A DNA stretch of 44,837 nucleotides from contig NC_068981.1 of NCBI RefSeq assembly GCF_001194135.2, positions 6,002,021 to 6,046,857 of the forward strand, read 5' to 3'. Numbering within the stretch: the stretch's first letter is position 1; every line of letters begins with the position of its first letter. The notes under the pieces were generated by a model that saw only the letters and a list, made by a program, of their open reading frames with translations, was not told the DNA's origin and did no database searches. Positions 35,262 to 44,837 of this stretch are shown piece after piece. The position numbers were made by a program, and so were the translations under genes. This stretch comes from Octopus bimaculoides. Lineage: Eukaryota.

Positions 35262-37014
35262 GATGGGTTTCTTTCAATTTCCATCTATCAAATCCACTCA
35301 CAAGGTTTTGGTCGGCCTGAGGCTATAGTAGAAGACACTTGCCCAAGGTGCCACACAGTGGGACTGAACCTGGAACCATGTGGTTGGGAAGCAAGCTTCT
35401 TACCATACAGCCACTCCTGCACCTGGGTGAAGTATTTTATCCTAACCCTGCCCTGTCCCTGGCTTTTAGTGCTTAGGCGTGTTTGGCTCATGTTTGCAAT
35501 GTTGAGAGTTTGACACCTGGTGGTGGTGCATGATGTCCTTAAGCAAGACCCTTGACTTTCCTGTAGTTCCGGTTTACTCTGTGTGTGTGTGTTTGTCCCC
35601 TCCATTACTGCTTGACAACCAGTGTTGGTGTGTCTATGTCTCTGTAACTTAGCGGTTTGGCAAAAGAGACTGATGGAATAAGTGCCAGGCTTAAAATATT
35701 GTTGTGTGGTTGATTCATTCAAGAAAAATTTGTCAAGGCGATGCGACAGTCTAATGCCTAAAATAAGTAAAAGATAAATGATGAAATGCCACCAGGAATT
35801 TTGTCCAATCTTTTCCTGATTTTTGTCCATTCTTTTCCTTTTCTGTGAGTTGTGTTCTTATCAGTTCTTTCATTATGTTTTTCTCCTTTTTCCAGGGTGG
35901 ATCCCATTCAATACCAAGTCGTTGTTGGTTGAATCAAATGTTGTGTCATAAACAGCAAACTGATGAACTCTCTGACAAAAGTGACCTGCATGATAAAGAT
36001 ACCCAACCTGCCACTGTTACGGGAGGACATTTTGTCGACACGTTTCGCTATCTCCACCCTGACCAGCTGGAGGCCTACACTAACTGGTGTACCCTAACGG
36101 GTGCCCGACAGACAAACTTTGGTAGACGTCTTGATTATATTCTTTGCAATGAACGCCTTAATTCTGCTCTGACCAGTTGTTGTATTATGGCCAATATTGA
36201 TGGTTCTGACCATTGTCCTGTAAAAGCCAGTTTTAATTTTTCAGTTGTTACTGCTCTGAAGGCACCCAGTCACTGTGCAAAATTCATGCCGGAATTTGCT
36301 GGCAAACAACAGAAACTGTCCATGTTTTTCACTAAATCTTATGGTAAACCCTCCACAGATATGTCTGGCAACAACAATATCGTTCAGCATTCAGCAAGCA
36401 CAGAATGGAAAGATAAGCGGAAACACTCTCCGCATTCATTGAAGCGGCAATCATCTGAAAGTTTAGGATCGCAGAAGAAAAAGGGCAAATCTTGCTTAGA
36501 AAATAAACCGAAACAAATAAACTTAATGGGGTTTTTCAACAAGAAACCATCGTCTTGTCCTGGTCAGTTAGGACGGAATTCTTCTTCAGAGCTGGATGAG
36601 TTTAAAAACAGTAAAAAAACATCATCAGATGACTCCGATATTAATGATTTGTCTGAATCTCAGGAAGTGACAACAGAACCTTCGATTTCATCCCATTTAG
36701 AAATTTCTTCAAAGAATGTCCAAGACTCTTCATTGTTGGAAGCAGACAAAGAAGAACTAATAGTTTCCAAAGTGAAGTCCACAACAGACCAAACTTCAAA
36801 TTCCCAGGTGTTAGCTTGGAAGAATCTGTTGAAAGGGCCACCTCCAGCTCCCCTGTGTCCTGGGCACAGTGAGCCATGTGTTCTGCGAACAGTGAAGAAA
36901 CCTGGCCCTACACAAGGTAGACAGTTCTACACCTGTTCTCGACCTGACGGAGCTGCGAACAACCAGGAAGCTCGATGCAATTTCTTTAAATGGATTAAAG
37001 ATTTAAAGAAGTAG
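25075..37014 (+). CDS. APEX2: DNA-(apurinic/apyrimidinic site) endonuclease 2, spliced: join(25075-25189,30467-30550,30659-30845,31595-31741,33810-33879,35896-37014), 1722 nt, 573 aa
   Basis: All EEP/ExoIII motifs appear in order (TWNINGIR, FQETK, SGYSGV, NVYCP, GDLN, NFGRRLDY, GSDHCP), followed by PIP-like boxes and a C-terminal zf-GRF (CPGHSEPC...GRQFYTC...RCNFFKW). All five introns are GT-AG with compatible phases. Confidence 0.96.
26686..26895 (-). mobile_element. Family-B SINE in APEX2 intron 1 next to (AAT)n
   Basis: Same consensus as 4016-4265. Other intronic copies at 28775-28970(+), 29470-29680(-), 30200-30360(-), 32220-32420(+), 32870-33075(-) and 33580-33790(+). Confidence 0.8.
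28995..29214. mobile_element. piggyBac-type MITE, copy 3
   Basis: TTGA|CCCTTT...AAAGGG|TTAA. Confidence 0.8.
29737..29832. repeat. (CAT)n tract with a higher-order 18-bp unit ATCATCATCATCGTCACC
   Basis: Read directly; forms the tail of a minus-strand family-C repeat. Confidence 0.85.
30467..30550 (+). CDS. APEX2: APEX2 coding exon 2
   Basis: Acceptor ctctcctcccag| and donor G|gtaagt; 84 nt; RDMLDEMTAIVDGYNAFFSFSRKRSGYS. Confidence 0.94.
30659..30845 (+). CDS. APEX2: APEX2 coding exon 3
   Basis: Acceptor ggccctttag| and donor AG|gtagat; 187 nt; GVVTYCK...AEEGLSG...LDAEGRTVITQH. Confidence 0.94.
30881..31261. mobile_element. Tigger/pogo-type MITE in APEX2 intron 3
   Basis: TA|CAGTAGAACCTCG...GAGGTATCGCTG|TA. 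Confidence 0.75.
31406..31552. repeat. 43-bp near-perfect inverted repeat just upstream of the APEX2 exon 4 acceptor
   Basis: 31406-31448 versus 31510-31552, one mismatch, 61-nt spacer. Confidence 0.9.
31595..31741 (+). CDS. APEX2: APEX2 coding exon 4
   Basis: Acceptor tttgtcttgtag| and donor AG|gtagag; 147 nt; INVYCPR...FKLRFFALLQTRAEALI. Confidence 0.94.
33118..33516 (+). mobile_element. R4/Dong-like RLE retrotransposon 3' end flanked on both sides by (AAT)n
   Basis: NRKPDIVLIEK...IIDIANP (PD..D restriction-like endonuclease motif) ...LQKTALLRTARIL; same family as 5131-5425. Confidence 0.85.
33810..33879 (+). CDS. APEX2: APEX2 coding exon 5
   Basis: Acceptor tctctttgcag| and donor GAG|gtcagt; 70 nt; HVIILGDLNTTHQNMDHCEP. 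Confidence 0.93.
34222..34488. mobile_element. Tigger/pogo-type MITE in APEX2 intron 5
   Basis: TA|CAGTAATTCCTCG...CGAGGGATTACTG|TA. Confidence 0.85.
34686..34865 (+). mobile_element. Young RTE 3' fragment running into an N gap
   Basis: Near-identical to 16520-16700. Confidence 0.85.
35896..37014 (+). CDS. APEX2: APEX2 coding exon 6 (terminal; end of nuclease domain, PIP boxes, zf-GRF)
   Basis: Acceptor ctcctttttccag|; 1119 nt open frame to TAG; FVDTFRYLHP, AYTNW, RRLDY, SDHCP and GRF motifs. Confidence 0.95.
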   Translation, partial: GGSHSIPSRCWLNQMLCHKQQTDELSDKSDLHDKDTQPATVTGGHFVDTFRYLHPDQLEAYTNWCTLTGARQTNFGRRLDYILCNERLNSALTSCCIMANIDGSDHCPVKASFNFSVVTALKAPSHCAKFMPEFAGKQQKLSMFFTKSYGKPSTDMSGNNNIVQHSASTEWKDKRKHSPHSLKRQSSESLGSQKKKGKSCLENKPKQINLMGFFNKKPSSCPGQLGRNSSSELDEFKNSKKTSSDDSDINDLSESQEVTTEPSISSHLEISSKNVQDSSLLEADKEELIVSKVKSTTDQTSNSQVLAWKNLLKGPPPAPLCPGHSEPCVLRTVKKPGPTQGRQFYTCSRPDGAANNQEARCNFFKWIKDLKK

Positions 37015-37045
37015 ATTAAATGGATTAAGGATTTAAAGAAGTAGA
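36986..37045 (+). repeat. 30-bp tandem duplication spanning the APEX2 stop codon
   Basis: TTAAATGGATTAA(A/G)GATTTAAAGAAGTAGA occurs twice with one mismatch. Confidence 0.92.
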
Positions 37046-37260
37046 TTGATGGAAAAAAAAAAAAACTGAAATTTCTATTTTTGTAGAAAACAAATTACTG
37101 ATTTGGTTTGAATAATTCAAAGAATTTGTAATCTGGGAATTAGGTTCAGTTCCCAGTTGATCCATTTTGCTTCACATGCACCTTGTAAATTGCAATAATT
37201 TCAGGGGCAGGCCAGCTAGGAAGAGTCATTGTTGACTCGATATATTACATGGTAGCTCTT

Positions 37261-37567
37261 TGACTCATAACTTGAGGACTCATTGTGACTGACTCACTGT
37301 AACTACATGCATTGTGAATCTGATATTGTGAATCTGATATTGTGACTCAATGACTCACTCTAACTCATTGACTCATTGTGACTAAATGACTCACTGTGAC
37401 TCAATGACTCACTGTGACTTTGACTTATTGTGACTCAATGACTTACTGTGACTGAATGACTCATTGTGTCTGAATGACCCACTGTGACTGAATGACTCAT
37501 TGCAAGACACTGACTCATTTTGACTCAAGGACTCATTGTGACTCGGTGATTCATTGTGAGTCAATGT
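37261..37567. repeat. Degenerate 18-bp minisatellite (TGACTCAYTGTGACTCAA) downstream of the APEX2 stop
   Basis: 13 TGACTCA plus 1 TGAGTCA counted by eye. Confidence 0.88.
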
Positions 37568-38091
37568 GACTTCAGAGACATTTAAAAAAAAACTTTCCAC
37601 TATGTTAAGACACTGTTTTATCACACCCGGGTAAACCTTATTTTATAAATTTTACAAATTAAATGTTGTTTCTACTAATGTTGTGTTATTTTGTTTTATA
37701 TTTGTTTTCATATAACAATTTATGGGACAATAATGTCATTAGCTGCAGCTTTTTGATTAGCTGATCATTGCTTCACTGCATTTCTATCACTAGCAAAGAT
37801 AAGGGAGTATGTATAATTCGATGCAAAACAAATATCACAGGGGCCTTTACGCGAAGAATACCAGTTTGTTTTTACTTTCTCATATTTATGTGTCCTTCAA
37901 ACAAAACCTGTCAGGTCAGTAATCAGTAAGACACACACACACACACGCATGCACATACAGTTTGCTTTCCAACCACATGGTCTTGTGTTCAGTCCCACTG
38001 CATGGCATTTTAGGCAAGTGTCAATTTCTGTAGCCTTGTTAGTGGATTAGGTAGACAGAAACTGAAAGAAGCCCATAGTATAAATATATCA

Positions 38092-38793
38092 TCATCGTGC
38101 AAGAGAGACGATTGCACTGGTATGGACATGTGGTGAGAATGGATGAGGATAGCTGCGTGAAAAAGTGCCACACCCTAACAGTTGAGGGAACCCGTGGAAG
38201 AGGTAGGCCCAGGAAGACCTGGGCTGAGGTGGTGAGGCAAGACCTTCGTACATTGGGCCTCACCAAGGCGATGACTACTGACCGAGACCTTTGGAAATGT
38301 GCTGTGCGTGAGAAGACCCGGCAAGCCAAGTAAGATCGTTGCCAGTGCCCCTGGACTGGTTCTTGTGCGGGTGGCACATGAGATGCACNNNNNNNNNNNN
38401 NNNNNNNNNNNNNNNNNNNNNNNNNNNNNNNNNNNNNNNNNNNNNNNNNNNNNNNNNNNNNNNNNNNNNNNNNNNNNNNNNNNNNNNNNNNNNNNNNNNN
38501 NNNNNNNNNNNNNNNNNNNNNNNNNNNNNNNNNNNNNNNNNNNNNNNNNNNNNNNNNNNNNNNNNNNNNNNNNNNNNNNNNNNNNNNNNNNNNNNNNNNN
38601 NNNNNNNNNNNNNNNNNNNNNNNNNNNNNNNNNNNNNNNNNNNNNNNNNNNNNNNNNNNNNNNNNNNNNNNNNNNNNNNNNNNNNNNNNNNNNNNNNNNN
38701 NNNNNNNNNNNNNNNNNNNNNNNNNNNNNNNNNNNNNNNNNNNNNNNNNNNNNNNNNNNNNTAAACGATGATGATGATGATGATGATGATGAT
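38092..38793 (+). mobile_element. Young RTE 3' end (spans an N gap) ending in (GAT)n
   Basis: QERRLHWYGHVVRMDEDSCVKK...; tail TAAACGATGATG at 38762-38793. Confidence 0.85.
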
Positions 38794-39080
38794 CATCGTT
38801 TAACGTCCGCTTTCCTTGCTGGCATGGGTTGGACGATTTGACTGAGGACTGGCGAACCAGATGGCTACACCAGGTTCCAATCTGATCTGGCAGAGTTTCT
38901 ACAGCTGGATGCCCTTCCTAATGCCAACCACTCCCAGAGTGTAGTGGGTGCTTTTACGTGCCACTGGCACGAGGGCCAGTCAGGCAGTACTGGCAACAGC
39001 CATGCTCAAGTGGTGTTTTTTATGTGCCACCTGCACAGAGGCCAGTCCAGCGGCACTGACAACGACCTCGCTCGAATGTT
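38794..39080 (-). mobile_element. Family-C RTE 3'UTR copy, tail-to-tail with the previous element
   Basis: CATCGTTTAACGTCCGC... is the reverse complement of the family 3' end. Confidence 0.85.
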
Positions 39081-39937
39081 TTTTATATGTATATGTGTGT
39101 GTGTGTGTGTGTGTTTATGTCTTTGTGTCTGTTTGTCCTGCACTACTGCTTGATAACCTGTGTTGGCGTATTTACATCCCCATAACTTAACAGCTTGACA
39201 AAAGAGACTGATAGAATAAGTTACAGGCTTAAAAAGATAACTGCTGGGGGTCAGCAATTAAAAATTCTTCAATGGAGTGCTGCTGCATGGCCACAGTCAA
39301 GTGACTGAAATGAGTAAAAGATATATCTTTTACTATTAATTATTCCATTGTAATAAATCCTTGTGAAATACTGCCAAAATGTTTTCTTCCACAGACAACA
39401 ATTGAAGAATCTGTGATTTTCAGTTATGTGCGGAGAAGACAGTCTTAAGAAAAAAAAAAAAGAATTGCTTCTCTATAAGAATTATTTATTGAGAAGAAAT
39501 TAAAATGATATTTTGAATTGAAATTGGAGATTTTTTGAAAAATAAATACTTTTTAAAATAATTGTAAGAAATGTCGACTGAAAAAGTATGAAGCTTCNNN
39601 NNNNNNNNNNNNNNNNNNNNNNNNNNNNNNNNNNNNNNNNNNNNNNNNNNNNNNNNNNNNNNNNNNNNNNNNNNNNNNNNNNNNNNNNNNNNNNNNNNNN
39701 NNNNNNNNNNNNNNNNNNNNNNNNNNNNNNNNNNNNNNNNNNNNNNNNNNNNNNNNNNNNNNNNNNNNNNNNNNNNNNNNNNNNNNNNNNNNNNNNNNNN
39801 NNNNNNNNNNNNNNNNNNNNNNNNNNNNNNNNNNNNNNNNNNNNNNNNNNNNNNNNNNNNNNNNNNNNNNNNNNNNNNNNNNNNNNNNNNNNNNNNNNNN
39901 NNNNNNNNNNNNNNNNNNNNNNNNNNNNNNNNNNNNN

Positions 39938-40067
39938 TATATATGTATGTATGTATATATATATATGTATGTACATATATGTATATGTATGTATGTGTAT
40001 GTATATATATATATGTATGTATATATATATGTGTATGTATATATGTATATATATATGTATGTATGTG

Positions 40068-40098
<31 letters not shown>

Positions 40099-40350
40099 GT
40101 GTATGTATGTATATATGTATGCATATATGTGTATGTATGTATATATGTATGCATATATATGTATGTATATATATATGTATGCATATATGTATGTATGTAT
40201 ATATATATATATATATATATGCATATATATATGTATGTATATATGTATGTATATATGTATATATATATATATATGTATATATGTATATATATATGTAACA
40301 TATAGGTATGTATATGTCTATATATATGTATGTATAAACACACACACACG
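39938..40350. repeat. Long (AT)n/(ATGT)n low-complexity tract
   Basis: Read directly from the sequence. Confidence 0.95.
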
Positions 40351-41310
40351 AATTGTTGAAAGTATGTGTGCAGTATTGGAAAAAATATTTGTCAATGAAT
40401 AAGACGAAGAGTAATAATGTAAAATTGTTAGAAAGAAAATTTTTGAAGATTTGAATGTTTAAAATTAAGTTGAAAATAATGAAATGAATAAACAGAAATA
40501 GTTATTTCTTGATAGAAAACATAAAAAAAAATCGTGAAAGGTAAATTTATAAACATTTAAAAACGATTTTGAGATTTAGATGAATTGGGAAAGTAGAATG
40601 TGAGTGATTTGACAAAAAGGAAGACAAAATAAAAAAAAAAAAGGAAAGCAAGTTAGTAAATAGTAGCAGTAGTAATAATAATAATGATAATAATAATAAT
40701 AATAATAATAGTCAGTTCTTTGAGAGGAACAGAGATGAGGAAGACATCAGTAGGACAGACAAGAATTTGTGAGAGGCTTTACATTAAAGGATGGAAAGAA
40801 AGAAATGGAAAAGACAACGAAATGCGATAAAAGTATAGAAAGTCTGTGATAATATGAGTGATGCAGTCCTCATGCAGGAGAAACTCCAGCTAGGGCCAAT
40901 CAAGGAACACCACAGATCCAGGATTACCCTGACCCCCGAAAGTTACAAGCCATCTCTCTTACTCTTCTATTTACAAGCGCATACTGACAGTGGGGCCATT
41001 CACTCTTAACTGGTGACATCTATGACAGACAGGTACTACGTGGCGTTCAGAGATCTATTCTCCTAGAGATAATAGTTTCAAATTTTAACTCAAGTTCTAT
41101 TTCATTATTTCGTCCACTTTTTAGCTGCAGCAATCTGAATCAAAATATTGTGGCGGAGCGGAGTCGTTCTCAAAGATTAGAGGGAGCGAGATTACCGAAG
41201 AAAATTGGACAGTGAGAGCGGAAAGTTGGAACTCGAAATTCTAGTATTTAACTTAGCAACAACGTAAAAGAGTTCGTCGATCGATAGTCTTGTTGACAAA
41301 AATGACCAGG

Positions 41311-41854
41311 GCCGGGCTACGAAACTTTTTTCCCACAAGAGTTCCGGACCCTAGTAATGAATTCATTTGCATACAGCCAATCAGAGCTCACCTTGACCAT
41401 GTTGTCAAGTTAACAAACACACTCTACCAAGTAAACTCAAGACGAAGAACGATGTTGTAAGTCGACCGATCGCTAAGTTATGCCTGGTTTTAGGAGACAA
41501 GTAATTAGATAGATTTGCATCTATACCTATAATCGGATTTTGTTAGGGCCCCATATGGTAAAGATGTGGGTAGAGGGTGATGTGCTGGCAACCCTCTCCC
41601 CTTACTGTTTTACAAAGTAAACAACAACACAGAGGCAGAGGCAGCCATGGTTGGAACAAGAACAAGAACAACAAGCATTCTTAAAAGAGAAAAGAAGCAA
41701 TGGTCATTCCTTGCCCAAGTGACCTTATCTTATCGCTCATCACTTGTTATGTTCTCATAAATTAGTTTGATAGTTGAGCTCTGATTGGCTGTATGCAAAT
41801 GAGTTTATAACTGGGGTCCGAAACTCTCGTGGGAAAAAAATTTCGTGGCCGGGC
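41311..41854. mobile_element. Non-autonomous DNA element with about 80-bp TIRs
   Basis: 41311-41390 is an imperfect reverse complement of 41776-41854; no coding capacity seen inside. Confidence 0.8.
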
Positions 41855-43023
41855 TATATATAAGACAAATAGGCAATTCCCCAAGGCGCTGAAATCTGGA
41901 AGAACCAGAAAAAGAAAAAAAAAACAGTAAGAAAACCAAATATTTAAAAATTACACAATTATTATCAGTTCAAATGTGTTGGAGAATATACGAACGTGTA
42001 AGGAAATCATTCAGTCTTTTGTCATGGGGAAAATGTCTCACTGTAGGCAAATAAGTGTAAATACACCGAGTCAGCTCACAGCGCCACCTCACCAGACTGG
42101 CATGCATATGCTTCAGAGTGGTTATCTCCTCTTTTCAGCTGCAGAAACGAGAAAAGCAGATGATGCGACCTGATACAAGAGATAGGTCCCTCTTATGATA
42201 TTCTGGTCATCGTTCAATGACCGGTTGCGCTACTCAGTGGCTCACCATAAATAAAACACAGGGTGACAGCGCTAAGCGGTGATGTGTATAAATACAAACT
42301 TGTTACCAATTCAATTATGCCTGAGAGATATTCAAACCTGTAAGATCGCCATTCACTGTCATTTTGTCAAGGAGAAGATTTCTTGCTGTGGTGTAAATAC
42401 ATCAAGTCATCTTTGTCAGTGAAAGAAATGGACGGGTTGGGGATCGAACGCAAAGGGGCCGCGTTTCTTACATTTCAACTCTTCTAATTTTATATCACAT
42501 ATTTCTCATCACTGGCAAATCAATGAAGAATTATTGTAGTTATTTAAACAATAAAATAGCCATCTGTGCACCATACTTAACGTATAGACACCAATGATGC
42601 TGTGACTTTTGTCTCAGAGAAAATCTTTTCGTATACATGTCGTGTTAAAAACACATTGTATATCAGAGCAAGACGGACATCATCCCAACTGCGATCTTCG
42701 TTTCAGACGTTGTCTCTCTAGGAGCTGCATTATTTCTATGTATCCTTCTTTTTTCCATGTGTGATTTGAGGGAGGTTTGGTGACTATTTTCAGTGACATA
42801 ATATGCAACAAGGCACAATGGGTTTGAATATAATAATGATGATGATGATGATGATACAACCAAGTTGTTATTATATCATTGCTGCCATCTGCAAATAATG
42901 GTTAATGGAATTGATGCCAAGACACAATGGTGAGAACATTGTTGCTAATGTTGTTAACTTTTGCAGAGAATTTCAATCAAATTTCCTGTCTTTTGTTTCA
43001 TAAATTTACCTTCAATTAATGAA

Positions 43024-43085
43024 CCTCCTCCTCCTCCTCCTCCTCCTCCTCCTCCTCCTCCTCCTCATCATCATCATCATCATCA
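43024..43085. repeat. (CCT)n(CAT)n microsatellite
   Basis: Read directly from the sequence. Confidence 0.95.
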
Positions 43086-43434
43086 AACTAACGAAACAAA
43101 CCATTTGTGCAAAATGCTTTAAATGTTGACGCACGAAGACAAGGGAGGTAATTCGTTGAATGTGGTGCGAGGGACTTCGCATTTATTTAACAGAAGACCA
43201 CTTATAATTAATCGAAATATAACAGTTTAATGTTTGTCCTTTTCTCTTTCTTTCTTTCTTTCTCTTCTTTCATCTGGTTATTATTGGTTGGTGTATGTAT
43301 GATAAAAACACAAAAACAAATTCAGTTTTATTTCAGGTTTTCTAAATATTTTCTTAAAGTTTCTAAACTAGGATAAGTACATACACACATACATACATAC
43401 ATACATACATACATACATACATACATACATTGAT

Positions 43435-43884
43435 GTGAAAACCCCCAAAATACTAACAAACACACATAATTTCCACATAAGCAGTAACGTAGACCGTCTC
43501 TGCCTAAAACGAAAACAAGGCGGAAGAGGCTTAACATCGATCCAAAATACCTTTGAATGTCGCATCATATCTCTTCGGCAACATCTTTTAACCACTAAGT
43601 GTCGAAGTGCATCCCTTGATCAAGTTTGCATACATGAAGCTGATAATATCATAAGACTTAGAAGGCAGCTCCCTGAGCAACACTCTTTGCCTGATTACCC
43701 AGAAAACATGCCCAAAGAAGTCGCACGACTCTACCGCAACGTATCATCAGATGGAAGGATGAACCTGTATGAGCAGAAGACTATGCATGGATATGTTAGT
43801 AGAAATTAGCCGGATTACTACCTCTCACTTTGAAGGGTATGCGTTTGCTATCCAGGAACAGGAAATATCAACCAATTACCTGAT
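43435..43884 (+). mobile_element. R4/Dong-like retrotransposon internal (post-RT) fragment between (ATAC)n tracts
   Basis: VDRLCLKRKQGGRGL, KTMHG and EGYAFAIQEQEISTNY motifs. Confidence 0.78.
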
Positions 43885-43886
43885 GC

Positions 43887-43917
<31 letters not shown>

Positions 43918-43974
43918 TATAATATGATATAAATAATATATATATATGCATATATACATACATACATGTACATA

Positions 43975-44507
43975 TTTACATATGTGTATATACACAGGCA
44001 TATATGGGTACAGGACGTCAAAAAACATAAACAAAATGAGAAACGAGAACTTGAAATACAAAAGCATTGAAAACGAACTTGTTTTGAACGACGAAAGAAA
44101 TAAATAGAAAAACGAGACAGGCAGCATAAAGAACAATCTCTTGATCAGTTGTCCACTGTTTTATCCACTCCGGATTTCGAGCGCTAGGACAGTCGCTCCT
44201 GCAAAGCAGATTAAATAAAATTTGGGATTTGCGGAGGGTCAAAGTTGTTAACAAAAACAGGACAGTTAAAACAAACGGTAAGGGCTATTAAGCTATAGCG
44301 AGGTGAAGTGGTGAACGCTGGAGAAATAAGCTTTGACAGGAAACAGACAAAAATGTGTACTATCTCTTGTAGCTTAAGGAGAAGAAAGAAAGAAATTCGA
44401 GATAGAGAACGGTGAAGACAGATAGAGGATAGATAGAGAACGGTGAAGGGGGGAGGAGAAGAATTAGAGAAAGGGTGGAAAAGAAAAAAAAGAATATAGA
44501 AAGAGGA

Positions 44508-44570
<63 letters not shown>

Positions 44571-44825
44571 GAGAGAAAGAGATAGTGATAGTGATAGTGT
44601 CGCATCAGAATTATTAGGATAAAACTTACTTGGAAATGGATGCGTGGCGTTCGATCATATAATAATATAAATAGCATATATATATATGCATATATACATA
44701 CATATATGTACATACTTACATATATATGTATATACACATGCATACATGGGTACAGGACGTCAAAAAACGTAAACAGCATGAAAAACGAGAACATGAAATA
44801 CAAAAACATGGAAAACGAACTTTTC
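43975..44825. repeat. Two related repeat copies (about 43975-44090 and 44725-44825) flanking a (GA)n tract at about 44505-44580
   Basis: GGGTACAGGACGTCAAAAAAC...GAAAACGAACTT occurs twice; family not identified. Confidence 0.6.
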
Positions 44826-44837
44826 TTTATATATATA

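Noticed and set aside
25075-37014. APE-like exons as LINE endonuclease remnants
   Set aside because: Intact six-exon structure with PIP boxes and zf-GRF identifies cellular APEX2.
37261-37567. CRISPR-like array (also the 19600-19860 subrepeats)
   Set aside because: No unique spacers of constant length, no cas genes, eukaryotic context.
37409-37624. Minus-strand ORF with SHNES-type hexapeptide repeats
   Set aside because: By-product of the 18-bp minisatellite; no good start context or splice support.
1924-39937. Long ORFs in the track that span X runs (e.g. 1242-2636, 17874-18596, 25190-26508, 34732-35513, 38275-38841)
   Set aside because: They are artefacts of N gaps, which contain no stop codons.
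39486-40402. YI/YV/HT-rich ORFs up to 287 aa
   Set aside because: Translations of (AT)n/(ATGT)n microsatellite.

Overview
Eukaryotic, repeat-rich genomic window with several N gaps. The repeat families and intron style point to an octopus (coleoid cephalopod) short-read assembly; this is inference, not a database result. Two intact spliced genes lie in tandem on the + strand. UBL4A (ubiquitin-like protein 4A/Get5 orthologue) has 4 coding exons at 7623-17888 and encodes 146 aa. APEX2 (AP endonuclease 2) has 6 coding exons at 25075-37014 and encodes 573 aa, with an EEP nuclease domain, two PIP-like boxes and a zf-GRF. Most of the rest is transposon-derived: a frameshifted Merlin/IS1595-type transposase, a mariner relic, RTE LINE fragments, R4/Dong-type RLE LINE 3' ends, at least four tRNA-type SINE families, piggyBac-, Tigger- and hAT-type MITEs, foldback hairpins and microsatellites. 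I found no convincing novel multi-gene system. The most notable observations are: retroelements stacked in (AAT)n tracts; an array of 14 AP-1 heptamers behind APEX2; an in-frame duplication across the APEX2 stop codon; a recurrent AAGGGAGRTAA motif at promoter-like sites; a hammerhead-like core; and several long intronic hairpins. All analysis was by eye. Exon coordinates were counted base by base, while repeat boundaries are approximate.
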